This document shows, one piece after another, positions 50,905-63,965 of a stretch of 64,000 nucleotides of DNA. The notes under the pieces were generated by a model. It made no database searches. It was given only the letters and a program-made list of their open reading frames with translations, and had not been told where the DNA came from. Each line of letters opens with the position of its first letter. The first letter of the stretch is position 1. The DNA is from Mobula hypostoma (lineage: Eukaryota). Location of the stretch: assembly GCF_963921235.1 (NCBI RefSeq), contig NC_086097.1:167774001-167838000 (forward strand). Reading direction: 5' to 3'. A program made the position numbers and the translations under genes.

Positions 50905-51600
50905 TATGGTGCAAAATTAGACCTTTCAGCCTATCACGTCTACCCGCCATTTGATCATGGCTGATTTACTTTCCCTCTCAACACCATTTTCCTGCCTCCT
51001 CCCCTCAACCTTATTAATCTAGAACCTATCAAACTCTGCTTTAAATACTCCCAGTGACTTGCCCTCCACAGTCATCTGTGCGAATGAATTCTGCAGATTT
51101 ACCACCCTCTGGCTAAAGAAACTCCCCCTCATCTCTGTTCTAATGAGACATCATTCTATTCTTTGGGCTGTGCCCTCTGGTCGCAGATTCTCCCATTACT
51201 GAGAACATCCTCTTGATGTCCACTCTATCAAGGCCTTTCAATATTCAGTTTCTATGAAATCCCACTCCCGCTTATTCTTCTAAACTTCAATGAGTGCAGG
51301 CCCAGAGTTCCTGATACATTAACCCTTTCATTCCAAGGATAATTTTTGTGAATCCTCTCCAATGCCAGTGCTTCCTTCCTCAGATATGGAGCCCAAACTG
51401 CTCGCAGTACTCCTAATGAGGTCTAACTGCAGGTCACAGCATCATATCATTGCTATTACCTCCCTGGTTTTATGTTCTAGTCATCTCAAAATGAATGCTA
51501 ACATTGTATTTGCCTTCCTTATTACTGACTCAACCTACAAGTTGATCTTTAGAGAACCCTGCAGTAAGACTCCCACATCCCTTTGCAACTCCAATTTCTG
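50905..51600 (-). mobile_element. Decayed CR1 3' fragment
   Basis: cagatttaccaccctctggctaaag...cccaaactgctcgcagtactcc...atgaatgctaacattg. Confidence 0.8.
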
Positions 51601-53229
51601 AATTGTTCGGAAAAGAGTCTATGCCACCCAACCTGATTGAACAGCCAGAAACAAATGGTTTCAGAGGATACGGAAGATGTGGACAGCACAGCCTCCCAGA
51701 ACTTCCTGTCCTTTGCGGTGGAAGCTTTAGATGACAGCAAGAAAAAGTGCAGTGCAGATAAATGATAAAGTGCAGGATCATAGCAAGGTAGACTACGAGG
51801 CCAGTAGTGCGTCTTATTGTACAAGAGATACATTCAGGAGTCTGATAACTGTATGACAGAAGCTGTCCTCAAACTTGGTGGTATTTGCTTTCAGCCTTCT
51901 GCCTGATGGGAGAAGAGAGAATGTCTGTGCAGATGGGGTCTTTGGTTATGCTAGCTGCTTCACCAAGGCAGTGTTGGCAGAGCTCGTAGAGGGAAGGCTG
52001 GTTCCTGTGATGGGCTGAGTTGTGTTCACAACTCTCTACACTTTCTTGTGGTCACATGCAGTGCATTTTTGTCCAGGCACAGGGCATCATTAAAAATTGT
52101 TAAGAGTTGACGGGGACGTGCCAAATTTCTTTAGCCCCCTGAAGAAGTGAATGTGACCCAGCAGGGTCTATCGGAGGCAGAGCATGTGTGCTGAGGTACA
52201 GGATTGGCGGGTGGTGGGTGCAGCGTCTGCAGAGAAATGATGCCGTCCCACCCATACCCTTCAGATAGGAAAGGGATGCATTGCTGGGCAGAGCTCCAAG
52301 TGAACCTGCCAGTCTCTGGAACCCACACTTGGGGCCTAACAGGACAGATAACTTCCATAAATTAGCTAACGTGTGAGTATGTCATTACGAAGCTAAGCAC
52401 TGCAGAACGAGAGGGGAAGTATTTGTGGGGGAACTCTGTAATTGCTTCACATGACTTTTTTTAAATGTTAGTTATTTGGAGATACAGCATGGAATAGGCC
52501 CTTCCAGCCCAACAAGCCGCACCACCCAGCAACCCTCCGATTTAACCCTAACCTAATCACAGAACAACTTACAATGACCAAATAGCCTACTAACCAGAGG
52601 GCTGGGCTGGGTTGAGCTGAGCATGTCTGGGAGCAAAGAGCAGACTCCACTGAGTCAGGGAGACCAACTGACAGGCACTCTTCCCGTGCCTCTCCTGTCA
52701 CAGCTGTGCCTGTCTTCCTCAGTCTCACCTGCAGGAGCCTGCACCTTCTTCCAAGTAGCCGTACAGAAGCATGTGCTTATTTCCACTGTACAGACAGCTC
52801 AGATTATGAGCGGCTGTTTGTTAAGTGTTCATTAGTTCTATTTCCAACTCTCAAACCATTCAGGTTACATTTGTTCATTTCTGACTTGCAGGCAGTTCTC
52901 AGGAACAGGACCCTGGCATAACCTGGCCACCACTTCCATTGAAGCTAGTATTGTCACCCTAAAACCCTAATGCTCAACGTACTCTGAATGTGAATCAGGA
53001 TAATGCCTCTGATATATAAAAAAAAATTGAAAGAGAACTTGTCGAACAGTTAGGTATTTGTGCCACTCGTCAGAATTTGAAGACCTGTGTGTCCAAAATA
53101 CATTATATGTCCATGGAATCATTTTGCTAAGCCTCTCTGCTAATCCACTTGTCTCCCCTCTTCTAGGACCCTCCTCTTATAATGAAGATTATATTCATCC
53201 TTGTTAAAAGCTCTATAAGTGTTGACTTC

Positions 53230-53400
53230 TGTCCTGATGCAGGGGTTGACCCAAAACATCGACAATTCCTTCTCCCCGCCCCCCCCCCCACACCTCCTTG
53301 CCCCCCTCCCCAACCACCAGGAGACTCTGGTCGACCCACTGAGTCCCTCCAGCAGATTGGTGGTTGTTCCAGATTCTAGCTTCTGCAGTTTTTTTGTATT
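53230..53400 (+). mobile_element. Penelope-derived repeat with decayed hammerhead-like core
   Basis: cctgatgcaggggttgacccaaaacatcgac...ctgagtccctccagcagattgg. Confidence 0.6.
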
Positions 53401-53632
53401 TCCAATGCAATTAGACAGCTGATGTATAGAGTTATAAATGGAATGAAGGACCCCCATCACCCAGAACATGCCCTTTTCTCATTGCTACTATCAGGGAAGC
53501 AGATAGAGGAGGCTGAAGGCACACACTCAACAATTCAGGAACAGCTTCTTCCCCTCTGCCATGTGATTCCTAACTAGACATTGAACCCATGAACACTACC
53601 TCACTAATTCTGTTTTCTATATTTATCTTTGA

Positions 53633-53782
<150 letters not shown>

Positions 53783-53784
<2 letters not shown>

Positions 53785-53810
53785 GTGGCTTGCAAAAGTT
53801 TGGGCACCCC
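53783..53810 (+). mobile_element. Isolated Tc1-like terminal inverted repeat end
   Basis: cagtggcttgcaaaagtttgggcacccc resembles vertebrate Tc1 termini (CAGTG...AAAAGTTTG..CACCCC); no partner end seen. Confidence 0.7.
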
Positions 53811-54679
53811 GGTTTCTTTTTTTTCTCCTCGGTTAGGTGTTCACTTACCATCAAATTTATTTCCACTTCTCTTCCAGGAGTGACATGCTCAAAGAAGTTC
53901 TACTTCTCTCTCCAGAGGGATTTCTGTCTCTCTCTTTTACCTCTTACTACCATTTTTCTCTTTCTTTTGTAGGAGTAGGTAAGATAATTAGTAAGCTTGG
54001 GTATTCAGTAAGAAACCCTCAGCAACTGTTTCATCAGCATCTGATATATAAAAGAAGTCTGGTCACAGTCTTGTAACAGTGGGATAGAATCTGTACTTGA
54101 GTTTCACTATACAATGCTAATTTAAACTAAATCTCTTCTGCCTGCGTGTGATCCTTATCCCTTCATTCTCTGCATATTCATCTCTCTATCTAAAAGTGTC
54201 TTAAATGCCAGTATTGTATCTGCAATAGAACAATCCCATTTCCCACTAATTTCCTTTGCTTCCCAGTCTTCCCCAGCCCTTCAGCTATGGCCAGCTTCTG
54301 CCGCTCACCTATATATTAGGGGCAATTTGCAGTTGCCAGTTAGCCTACAACTGGCAGGTCTTCAGGGTGTGGTAGTTTTTGAGCACCCAGTAGAAAGGCA
54401 TGTGTTCATTGACAGAACATGCAAACTCTAGAGGTCAGGATTGGACTTGGGTCATGGGTGCTCAACTCACTGTGCCACCCAGAAGCATGAGGAGATTTGA
54501 AAGCGAGGATGAGAGACTTCTGCAAGATGGAAAACCTTTTGTTGCTTTAAACTGTAGCATCAACTGGACATCGCTCGTGCTTCTGACACAACGTGATGTA
54601 GGAGGTTCTGCCTCCAAGTGATCTTCTGTGGGATGTTTAGATGACTCTTTTCTTTGTGATTTCAAGTGATTGAAAGACA

Positions 54680-54932
54680 CATGGAATAGGCCCTTCAAGG
54701 CACACTGCCCAGCAACCCACCTATTTAACCGTACCCTAATCGTGGGGCATTTTGCAATGACCTATTAACCTACTAACTGGTACGTCTTTGGACAGAGGGA
54801 GGAAACTGGAACACCTGGAGGAAATCCATGCTGGCAAGGGGGAAGCGTACGAACTCCTTACTGGCAGCTGCGGGAATTGAACCCGGGTCACTGGAACTGT
54901 AAAGCGTTGTGCTAACCTGTACACAACTGTGA
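54680..54932 (-). mobile_element. V-SINE (HE1-like); a truncated sister copy lies at about 52470-52595
   Basis: Reverse complement has B box gggttcaattcc and V domain ccagtttcctccctctgtccaaagacgtacc...taggttaataggtcattgcaaa. Confidence 0.85.
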
Positions 54933-55139
54933 ACATACCGATTTTTAAACCGGAATTATTCTCTGATAGAAATAATTCTATCACATCATAAGCATAAATA
55001 TTCTGGGTTTTTGTTCAGTTAAAACATTTTTATTTAAAATATGCATGAATATCATAATGTGAACATCTTGTAAAGAGATTAGCTTACCTTGGAAACCATG
55101 CAATTCACTGCAGACAAATAGCGTTGAATTGGATAGTTC

Positions 55140-55700
55140 TTGAAATGAATGGTTGTAAAGTGTTAAAAGGAACTGAGGTTTCATGTGAGGTGTTGCATTT
55201 TGGGAAGACAAATCACAGTGAATGGTAGGGTCCTGGAAGTGTTGTAGATCAAAGGGACTTAGGACTACAAGTACATGGTTACCTGAAAGTGGTATCACGT
55301 GTGGACAGAGAGATGAAGAAGGCTTTTAGCACACAGGCCTCCATCAGTCAGGGCACTGAGTAGAGAAGTTGGTTTGTTATGTTGCAGTTGTACATGACAT
55401 TGTGAAGCCTCATTTGGAATATTGTGTTCAGGTTTGGTCACACTTCTTTAGGATAGATGCTGTTAATCTGGTCAGATTTTAAAAAGGACTTGTGAGGAAG
55501 TTGCCAGGACTAGAAGGACTGAGTTACCGAAAGGCTAGGGCTTAATTCATTGCAGTTTAGGAGAATAAGGGGTCATCTTATAGAGATATATCAAATCATG
55601 AGTGTTTAAAGATGGGGTGAATACACACGTCCTCTTTCCCCAATTTGGAGAATCAAGAACATAGGGTACATCAGTTTAAGGTGAGAGGGGAAAGATTTAT
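55140..55700 (+). mobile_element. Decayed CR1 fragment that resumes at about 57320-57530
   Basis: tgtgaggtgttgcattttggg, cctcatttggaatattgtgttcagg (PHLEYCVQ), tttaaggtgagaggggaaagattt. Confidence 0.8.
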
Positions 55701-57315
55701 ATCAAACCCGGGCATTCAGACCAACACGGGCTACAAGTCCTCCCTGCCTGTCAATGACAGTGATGCCTCTCTTCCTGATGTTGAATGTTGTTTACAATTG
55801 GTTTTCTGTACAGAACAATGTACCTGCAAGGAAGGTCCCGCTTCCCTCTGAAGAGCAGGCATTCTTATCTGGTGGCAGCTGATTTTTCGGGAAGACCTAG
55901 CCTGCGTGTTAAGCTGACAACATACCTGGTTGAGTGCTGAGGGACTGTGCAGCTCAGTTAACAGAGGTTACAACCGGCATCATCCACATCTCTCTGGAAC
56001 ATTCCATTGTCCCCACAGGATTCAAAGCGGTCACCATCATCCTGGTGCCCAAGAGGACCACAGCAACCTGCCTTAATGACTACCATCCAGTGGCACTGAC
56101 CTCAGCAATAATGAAGTGCTTTGAGCGGCTGGTTATGGAGCGGATTAAATCCCATCTTCCTGCTACATTGGACCCTTTCCTGTTCGCTTATCACTCAAAT
56201 CAATCCGTTGATGATGCCATAGTCTCTGAGCTCCTCTGTCCTGTCCCACCTAGAAAATACTCCAGGATGCTATTTATCAACTTCAGCTCAGCATCTAATA
56301 CAATCATCCCTCAGAGGCTGGTAGGTAATCTGTCCTCATTGGGTCTCAACTGGATCTTAGACCTCTTGACAAAAAAGCCAGTCAGTACGTGTTGGCAAAA
56401 AAATTCCTAGCTCCATCTTGCTGAGGGCTGCTTTTCACAATGCTGACGCATGACTGCACTGCTAGATCCCATTCAAACTGAATCAACAAGTTCGCTGATG
56501 ACACAACATTGGCTGGCCACATCATCAACAACAACAACAGGGCAGTGTACAGAGAGTGGGTAGAGTGGCTGTTAGAATGATGTGAGCACAACAACTTGAG
56601 TCTCAACGTGAACAAGACCAAAGTGATGACAGTGGACTTTAGGAAGGTGTAGGCTGACCGCTCTTCACTGTACGCACATGGCTCCTCTGTGCAGATAGTT
56701 AGGAGCACCACGTCTGGTCAAGAGAGCACAGCAGTATCTCCACTTCCTGAGGAAGTTGAAGTGAGTGAGGCCCCCCATTCCCCCATTCTTACCACTTTTT
56801 ACTGGAGCATCACTGAGAGCATCCTGACCAGCTGCATCGCCATCTGATACGGGAATTGCAAGGCATCTGACTGCACGTCCCTATTAAGGATTATGAGGAC
56901 TGCTGAGAGAATTAGTAGGGTCTCTCTGCTACCCTTCAGAGATCTTTACATACACAGGGTCCTTAGCATTGTCAATGGTCCTTCCCATCCTTCAAACATC
57001 CTCCCTGACCCCCTACCATCAAACATAAAGTACCATAGCACTTGAGAAGAACTGTTAGGTTGGGAAACAGCTTCTTCCCGCAGGCTGTAAGACACTGAAC
57101 TTCCTGCCACCACCCTGGTCTCATCACGTATGAAGCGCCAGTAGTGTTATACTGTTTACTTTTTAAACATGTGTCTTAAATGAACTTTATTATTAATTTA
57201 TTTGTGGTGATATTACTTTGTGTTATGTGCATGAGTTATATGTACTGTAGTGTGTACCTTGTCTCGTTTGGCGGTATATGTGAGTATGGTTGGCAATAAA
57301 CTGAACTTCAACTTG
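55701..57315 (+). mobile_element. Rex1/Babar LINE RT fragment, decayed
   Basis: LRDCAAQL, CLNDYHPVALTSAIMKCFERLV, MLFINFSSA, KFADDTT; caataaactgaacttc tail. Confidence 0.9.
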
Positions 57316-57922
57316 CATCAAGAGGGTGGTATGTACATGGAATAAACTGCTGGAGGAAATGGTAGCGGCATGTACAATAACAACACTTGGACAGATACAT
57401 GGAGAGGAAAGAAGTAGAAGTATATGGACAAATGCAGGGAAATGGGACTAGCTTAGCTGGGTGTGCTGGTTAGCATGGACCTCTTGGGTCATAGGGCCAG
57501 TTTCCCTGCTGTATGACTTTATGACTATATAAAGAGACTGATCTCATTATATCAGTAGTTGCTCTATGTTTTTCACACAAATTATGTTAAATAATCTCAT
57601 GACCGCACAGGTTCATTTATTAGTCATGATTTTTCTCATCATTAAGTTGGATTAAGGCAGCACTGAGGGTTTGTCTTTCTTGAACAAGGGGAGAAGCTTC
57701 CTGTTTATTTTATCTGGTCCTTATTAGCAGACCAAATGGCCAGTGGAAGCAGGCTCAGTTGTGGTTTTCAAAGGAGCACTGGGAAACGAACTTGAAGGGG
57801 AGAAAATGGACAACCTTGGAGATAAAAGCGGGGGAATGGAGCACGTTGGATGGTACATGCAAACAGGCACAGTGGGCCAGTGGTCTGCTGTGTTTGGTGA
57901 TCCTGAGATGTTATACTTACTG

Positions 57923-60415
57923 TCATAGAGTCATAGAAAAGTAGAGCACAGAAAAAGGCCCTTTGGCCCATCTAGTCCATGGCAAACTCTTTAAGCTGCC
58001 TACTCCCTTCAACCTGTACTGGGACCATAGCCCTCCATACCACTATCATCTATTTACCTATCCAGATGACTTTTAAATGTTGAAATCGAGCCAGTATAGA
58101 AACATAGAAACATAGAAAATAGGTGCAGGAGTAGGCCATTCGGCCCTTTGAGCCTGCACCGCCATTCAGTATGATCATGGCTGATCATCCAACTCAGAAC
58201 CCTGTACCAGCCTTCCCTCCATACCCCCTGATCCCTTTAGCCACAAGGGCCATATCTAACTCCCTCTTAAATATAGCCAATGAACTGGCCTCAACTGTAT
58301 GCACCACTTGTGCTGGCAGCTCGTTGCACACTGTGACAACTCTCTGAGGGAAGAAGTTTCCACTACTGTTCCCCTTAAACGTTTCATCTTTCATCTTTCA
58401 CCCTTAACCCATGACCTCTAACTGTAGTCCCACACAGCCCCAGTGGAAAAAGACAGCAAACACCTCCTCCTCTGTAATCTATATAGGGTCCATGAAGTTC
58501 ATGTTTTTTTTGCCTCAGTTTTATAGGCTGTCCCCATCTCCTGAGTAAATACAGATGCAAAAAATGCATTTAAGTTCTCCCCCATCTCTTTAGGCTCCAC
58601 ATATGGATTGCCATTCTGATCTTCTGGTGGACCAATTTTGTCCCTTGAGATCTGTTTGCTCATAACATATCTGTAGAACCTCTTAGGATACTACTTCACT
58701 TTGTTTGCTAAGGCAACTTCATGCCTTCTTTTAGCCTCCTGATTTCCTCCTTAAGTGTTCTCTTGCATTTTTTATACTCCATAAGTATCTCATTTGATCT
58801 TACCTGCCTATACTTGCTATGCACTTTCTTTTTCTTTCAGAGCCTTAATATCGCTTTGAAAACCAAGGTTCCCGAGACCTGTTATCTTTACCTTTTATTC
58901 TGATAGGCACGTACAACTTCTGTACTTTCAAAATTTCACTTTTGAAGGGCTCCTGCTTACCAAGTACACCTTTGACAGAAAACAGCCTGCCCCAATCCAT
59001 ACTTGCTAATCCTTTCTGATACCATCAAGATTGGCCCTTCTCCAATTTAGAATCACAACCCACAAACCAAACATATCTTCTTGCATATTTACTTAGAAAC
59101 AAATGGAAATATGAACACTAGATGCATAGTATTCGTTGGGAGAGAGTGTGATTAAGTACTGACTAAGGAAACTTTCCTGAACACATTGAACAACTCTTTC
59201 CCATCCAGCCCTTTTACAAAATTTCACGTCACACACCAGTGATAATAAATCTGATTCTGATTCTGATATGCGAGTCCTACTCAATATGTGGACACTTAAA
59301 ACCACCTATTATAACAACCTTATGTTTCTTGCAACAATCTGCAATCTCTCTACAAATTTGTTCCTACGAATCCCGCGGACTTTTGTGTGGTCTGCAATAT
59401 AGCTCCATGAGTGAGGTCAAACCTTTCTTATTCCACAGTTCTACCTACAATGCCTGACTAGACAAGTCCTTTAGTCTTCCTGACTGAGCACTTCTGTGGC
59501 ATTTTCCCTAACTAGTAACACCATCCCTCCTCCTCTAATCTCTCCCACTCTGTCACGTCTAAAGCAACAGAACCTCAGAATACTGAGCTGCCAGTCCTGT
59601 CCCTCCTACAACCAAGTTTCACTAATGGCTATAATATCTGTGTGCTACAATACCCATATGGCTACAATTCCATGTGTTGATCCATGCCCTGAGCTCATCT
59701 GCCTTTCCTACGATACTTCTTGTATTGAAATAAGCAGCTCAGGACATTAGTCGTTCCATGCTCAACCTTTTGATTCCTTCGTTTGTCTGAGGTCGTCACA
59801 ACGTCTCTCTCCACAACATCTTCACACTATCCGTTCTGGCACTCTGGTTCCCATCCACTGCAACTCTAGGTTAAAACCCCCTGTGCAGCACTAGCAAACC
59901 TTCCCGCTAGGATATTAGTCCCCTTCCAGTTCAGGTGTAAACCGTCCCTTCTGTACTGGTCCCACCTTCCTTGAAAGAGAGCCCAATGATACAAAACCTG
60001 ACGTCCTACCTCCGACACCAACTCCTTAGCCATGTGCTAAACTGTATGATGTTCTTATTTCTGGCCTCACTAGCACATGGCACAGGTAGCAATCCTGAGA
60101 TCTTAGCCTTAGAGATCCTGCCCTTTAACTTAGTACCTAACTCCCTGAATTTACTTTGCAGAACCCTCCCCCCCACTCTTCCTACCTTCGTCATTGGTAC
60201 CTACATGGACCACAACCTCCGGCTGTTCACCCTCCCACTTTAGAATGACGAGGCTCAATCTGAGATGTCCCAGACCCTGACACCTAGGAGGCAACGTACC
60301 ATCCAGGAATCTGGTTCTCATCCACAGAGTTTCCTTTCTGTTTCCTAACTAATGAATCTCCTATCACCACAGCTCACCTCTTCTTCCCCCTTCCCTTCTG
60401 AGTCACAGAGCCAGA
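57923..60415 (-). mobile_element. Older CR1 retaining the ORF1 SGNH esterase and ORF2 endonuclease, with most of the RT deleted
   Basis: VVIGDSLVR (about 60345-60372), VVHVGTND (about 60190-60213), ISGLLPVP; endonuclease-region text at about 58900-59780; CR1 3' tail at 57923. Confidence 0.85.
58098..58298 (-). mobile_element. Young CR1 3' end (same family as 10747), nested in the older CR1
   Basis: Near-identical to 10747-10945; (TTTCTATG)n tail; host text resumes at tgcaccacttgtgctggcagc. Confidence 0.92.
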
Positions 60416-60722
60416 TTTTAATTTGTTCTTGCCAATCAAACCTGACTGCTGATTGGCCACTGCTCAAAACACGAACTGCCGCAAGTGGATGCCTTTTCTA
60501 CTTGATCGGCGAAGCAGAGCGAGCTTCGTCTTCTCACACTTAGGGCCTCCAATTGACAGCTGCTGACAACAGCTTCTGATAGATCACAGCTTACTTCCAG
60601 GATCATGCAAATTTACCAGCTATGAGCCGGTCAAAGTGAAAATCCTGTCTTTTCTGTCAGAAGACATGGGAACAGAGTTAGGCCATTCAGCCCATTGATT
60701 CCGCTCAATAATTCCATCAAGG

Positions 60723-60959
60723 GGAGGGGGGAGGGAGGGAATGTCGACTCAGACCATGAGAGGCCTGCGTCAGGCATTTTCATGCCTTACAAAGCGCAGA
60801 TTGGAAGTCTGTGTGGGGTGTAACTCCTTGCACAGACACTAGAGCAATGTGTGATTAAGTGCCTTGCTCAAGGACACAAACACGCTGCCACAGCTGAAGC
60901 TCGAACTAGCGACCTTCAAATCACTAGGCGAACACCTTAACCACTTGGCCACGTGCCCA
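60723..60959 (-). mobile_element. tRNA/CORE-like SINE, copy 1
   Basis: Reverse complement begins gggcacgtggccaagtggttaagg; CORE-like gtgtccttgagcaaggcacttaa; TSD ccatcaagg / ccatcgagg; C-rich tail. Confidence 0.88.
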
Positions 60960-61429
60960 CCATCGAGGCTGGTTTATTATCCCCCTCAACTCCATTCTCC
61001 TGCTTTCTCCCCAAAATCTTAGGTATTCTTAAGAACCTACCAACTTCTACTTAAATTACAGAAGACCATAAGACACAGGAGCAGAATTGAACTTGTGGAA
61101 ATTAAGAATCTTTAACAATAAAATGCATGAGTTTTGTTTTCAGGATGTGATTGGGAACAACTGGTAAAAGGTAAAATTCATGTTTTTTTTCCTCTGTTCA
61201 CATGTTCAAGTTTTCTAGAAAAATTCAGTGCCAGTATGTGGAAGACTCTGTATCACCATTGATTTACTAATGATACAGAAGGAAAGACATTAGCTTCGTG
61301 ACCACTGCCAGTCTGAAGTGGTCGCACAGAATACATTTCAATAGAGTGTGATTTTAAATGAGTGCTAAATTTGGAAACTTGATCTGCTTTACAATTCGAT
61401 ACGGAGGGGGAAGGAGTGCTACACTGTAG

Positions 61430-62390
61430 AGAGACCATACAGCACTACTGCACAGGAATAAGCCCTTCAGCCCACAATGCCTCTGCTGAACTCAATGCCA
61501 AATTAAACTAATTTTCTTCTGACTGTATATGATCCATATCCATCCGCTTCCTGCATACTGATGTATCTATTTAAATCCTGTTGAATGTCACTATTGTGTC
61601 TGCATCTACTCCTGTCTCTGGCAGTACCTATCACTCTCTGTGTGAGAAAAATTGCCCCGCATATTTCCTTTAAACTTACCCCCTCCCCCACTATAAATGC
61701 ATGTTCACTGGCATTTGACATTTCTACCGTGGGAAAAGGATTTGACTCTCTATCCTATCTATGCCTCTCATAATTTTATAAACTTTCATCAGGCTCCCCT
61801 CCCGCCCCCCCCCCCCCACTGCCTCTGATGCTCCAGAGAAACCAACCCGAGTCTCTCCAAACCCACCTCTTAGCTATTCTCCAATCCAATCTAGTTGGGC
61901 ACGTGGCCAAGTGGTTAAGGCGTTCGTCTCGTGATCTGAGGGTCGCTCGTTCGACCCTCAGCTGTGGCAGCGCGTTTGTGTCCTTGAGCAAGGCACTTAA
62001 CCACACATTGCTCTAGTGTCTATGCGAGGAGTGGCGCCCCACACAGACTTCCAATCTGCTCCTTGTAAGGCATGAAAATGCCCGACGCAGGCCTCTCGTG
62101 GTCTGAGTTGACTTTCCCCCTAATCCAGTCAGCATCCTGGTGAACCTCTTCTGTACCTTTTCCAGAGCCTCCATGTTCCTCCTGTAATGGGGTGACCAGA
62201 ATTTCACACAGTACTCCAAAGTGATACAGCAGCAGTATGACTTCTTTACTCTTGTCCACTCTGCCCACACCTATGAGAGCAAGCATGCCATTCACTTTCA
62301 TTACCAGCGCATCTACTTGTGAGGACACTTTCAGGAAACTATGGACTTGGATCCAAAATTCCCCTGTACATCAATGCTGTTGAGGGTCTT
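61430..62390 (-). mobile_element. Decayed CR1 3' fragment hosting SINE copy 2
   Basis: LEYCVKFWSPHYRRNMEALEKVQKRFTRML. Confidence 0.85.
61897..62120 (+). mobile_element. tRNA/CORE-like SINE, copy 2
   Basis: A box tggccaagtgg, B box gttcgaccc, CORE-like block; same family as 60723. Confidence 0.88.
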
Positions 62391-63882
62391 GATATCATTG
62401 TTCATAGAAGTTTCCAACAGCAGGTTTACAGTAAATTAGTGTTTCTTTTAAGGTTACAGCAGTGTAAAAGACAAAAGTAAGTAATTTAAACCAGTTAACT
62501 TATTTTAGGTTGGTTAGTTAAAAATCAAATGAGTAAAAATCACTACTGAATGAATATTTAATTCAAGCTGTGATTGAAGTGCAAAGATAAATGATGTGTA
62601 CTTACTGAAATTTGTAGAAGTTGGGGATTGGTGAGATCCCCATCGAGGACATCTACAGTATCTGCATCTGAGTCTGAGCTGCAGATAGTCTAGAGCATCG
62701 GGAAAGCTAGGTAATTTTATCCAGAAGACAGTTACACCACTAAGGATAAGTGTGAAGAACTGAAGGATGTAACTGCTTGTTGGGCAAGTACGAAGACTGA
62801 GATGTGCAATAATCTTAGTTTCTGACCTTGCCTGACAGAGCACACTTGCTACTGTTAAAGAATAAGGGTATCAAAAACTTCAGGTGTATCCTGATAGCTG
62901 ATTATTTGGGTTGAGGAATGTTAAATGGAATCTTATTCAGAAAATTTGAGGTGTTGCATTTTGGAAAGTCAAACCAAGGTATGACTTTCACACTGAGCAG
63001 TAGGGCCCTCGGAAATGTTGTAGAACAAAACAGACGGACCTTAGAGTTCACCTCTACTTCCTCAGTAAGCTAAAGAAATTTGGCATATCCCTGTTGACCA
63101 TTGCAAGTATTTTTTGATGCACGACGGAAAGCTTCCCATTCGGATGCATCATAGTTTGGTATGGTAACTGTTCTGCTCATATCCACAAGAAACTGCAGGG
63201 AGTCATGGACACAGCTTTGCATATCAGGGAAACCAGGCTATGCTACACTTATCCTGTATATTGAGATATGGTTAGGTAATATCTGTAAGATGACAATCCT
63301 CTAGGAAAAGGGATCATAGATGGTGAATGTTCTTCATGCAGTTTGAGCAACTTGAACTTAAATAGAGCCATCTATGCAGCATAACTTAGGGTTAACCGGT
63401 TAACCATAGGGATATTTGAGAAGATGACGACAAGAATTAAATATGGAAAGCTTGTAAACAAGTACTACAAAATATTCAAAAATTGAAAAACAAATTTCCA
63501 CAAGTACAATGATTTGTCTGTGGCTAATTGAAGAGTTTAACAATAGAATCGGGTTTAATATCACTGGCATATGCCATGAAATTTTGTTTTATGCAATAGC
63601 AAATGACCAAAAAAATGATGATGAAGAGGAATGATTATAAAGGTAAATAGTAAGGTGAGTAAATGAAATAAATTTGTGTCCCTAAGATAGAGATCAAAAA
63701 TAAAGATCATGGTTGTTTTAATGTGTTTCCCTACACTTACCATATTGTTTGTTTCCTTCATTATCCAGAAATCTGTTAATATCATTGTAGAAGGCAATCA
63801 ATAAATGATCCTCCACATCTGATTAGGGTAGGGAATTTCCAATAATTCTCCACCTTTGAAAGAAGGAACTTCTCTTAATTCT

Positions 63883-63965
63883 CAAATAAGAGGAAGTCTG
63901 CAGATGCTGGAAATCTCAAGCAACACACACAAAATGCTGAGTTCCTCCAGCATTTTGTGTGTGTT
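63883..63965. mobile_element. Minimal Penelope-derived hairpin insert with 15-bp direct repeat
   Basis: acttctcttaattct at 63868-63882 and 63966-63980; perfect 18-bp stem (63922-63939 with 63948-63965) and an 8-nt loop. Confidence 0.85.

Noticed and set aside
53232..53262. Intact hammerhead ribozyme
   Set aside because: The core is mutated (CTGATGC and AAAAC in place of CTGATGA and GAAAC); I found no copy in the window with both canonical boxes.
61897..61970. tRNA-like sequence (also at 20472, 12955 and 60890)
   Set aside because: These are SINE heads: they run into SINE bodies and I see no complete cloverleaf.
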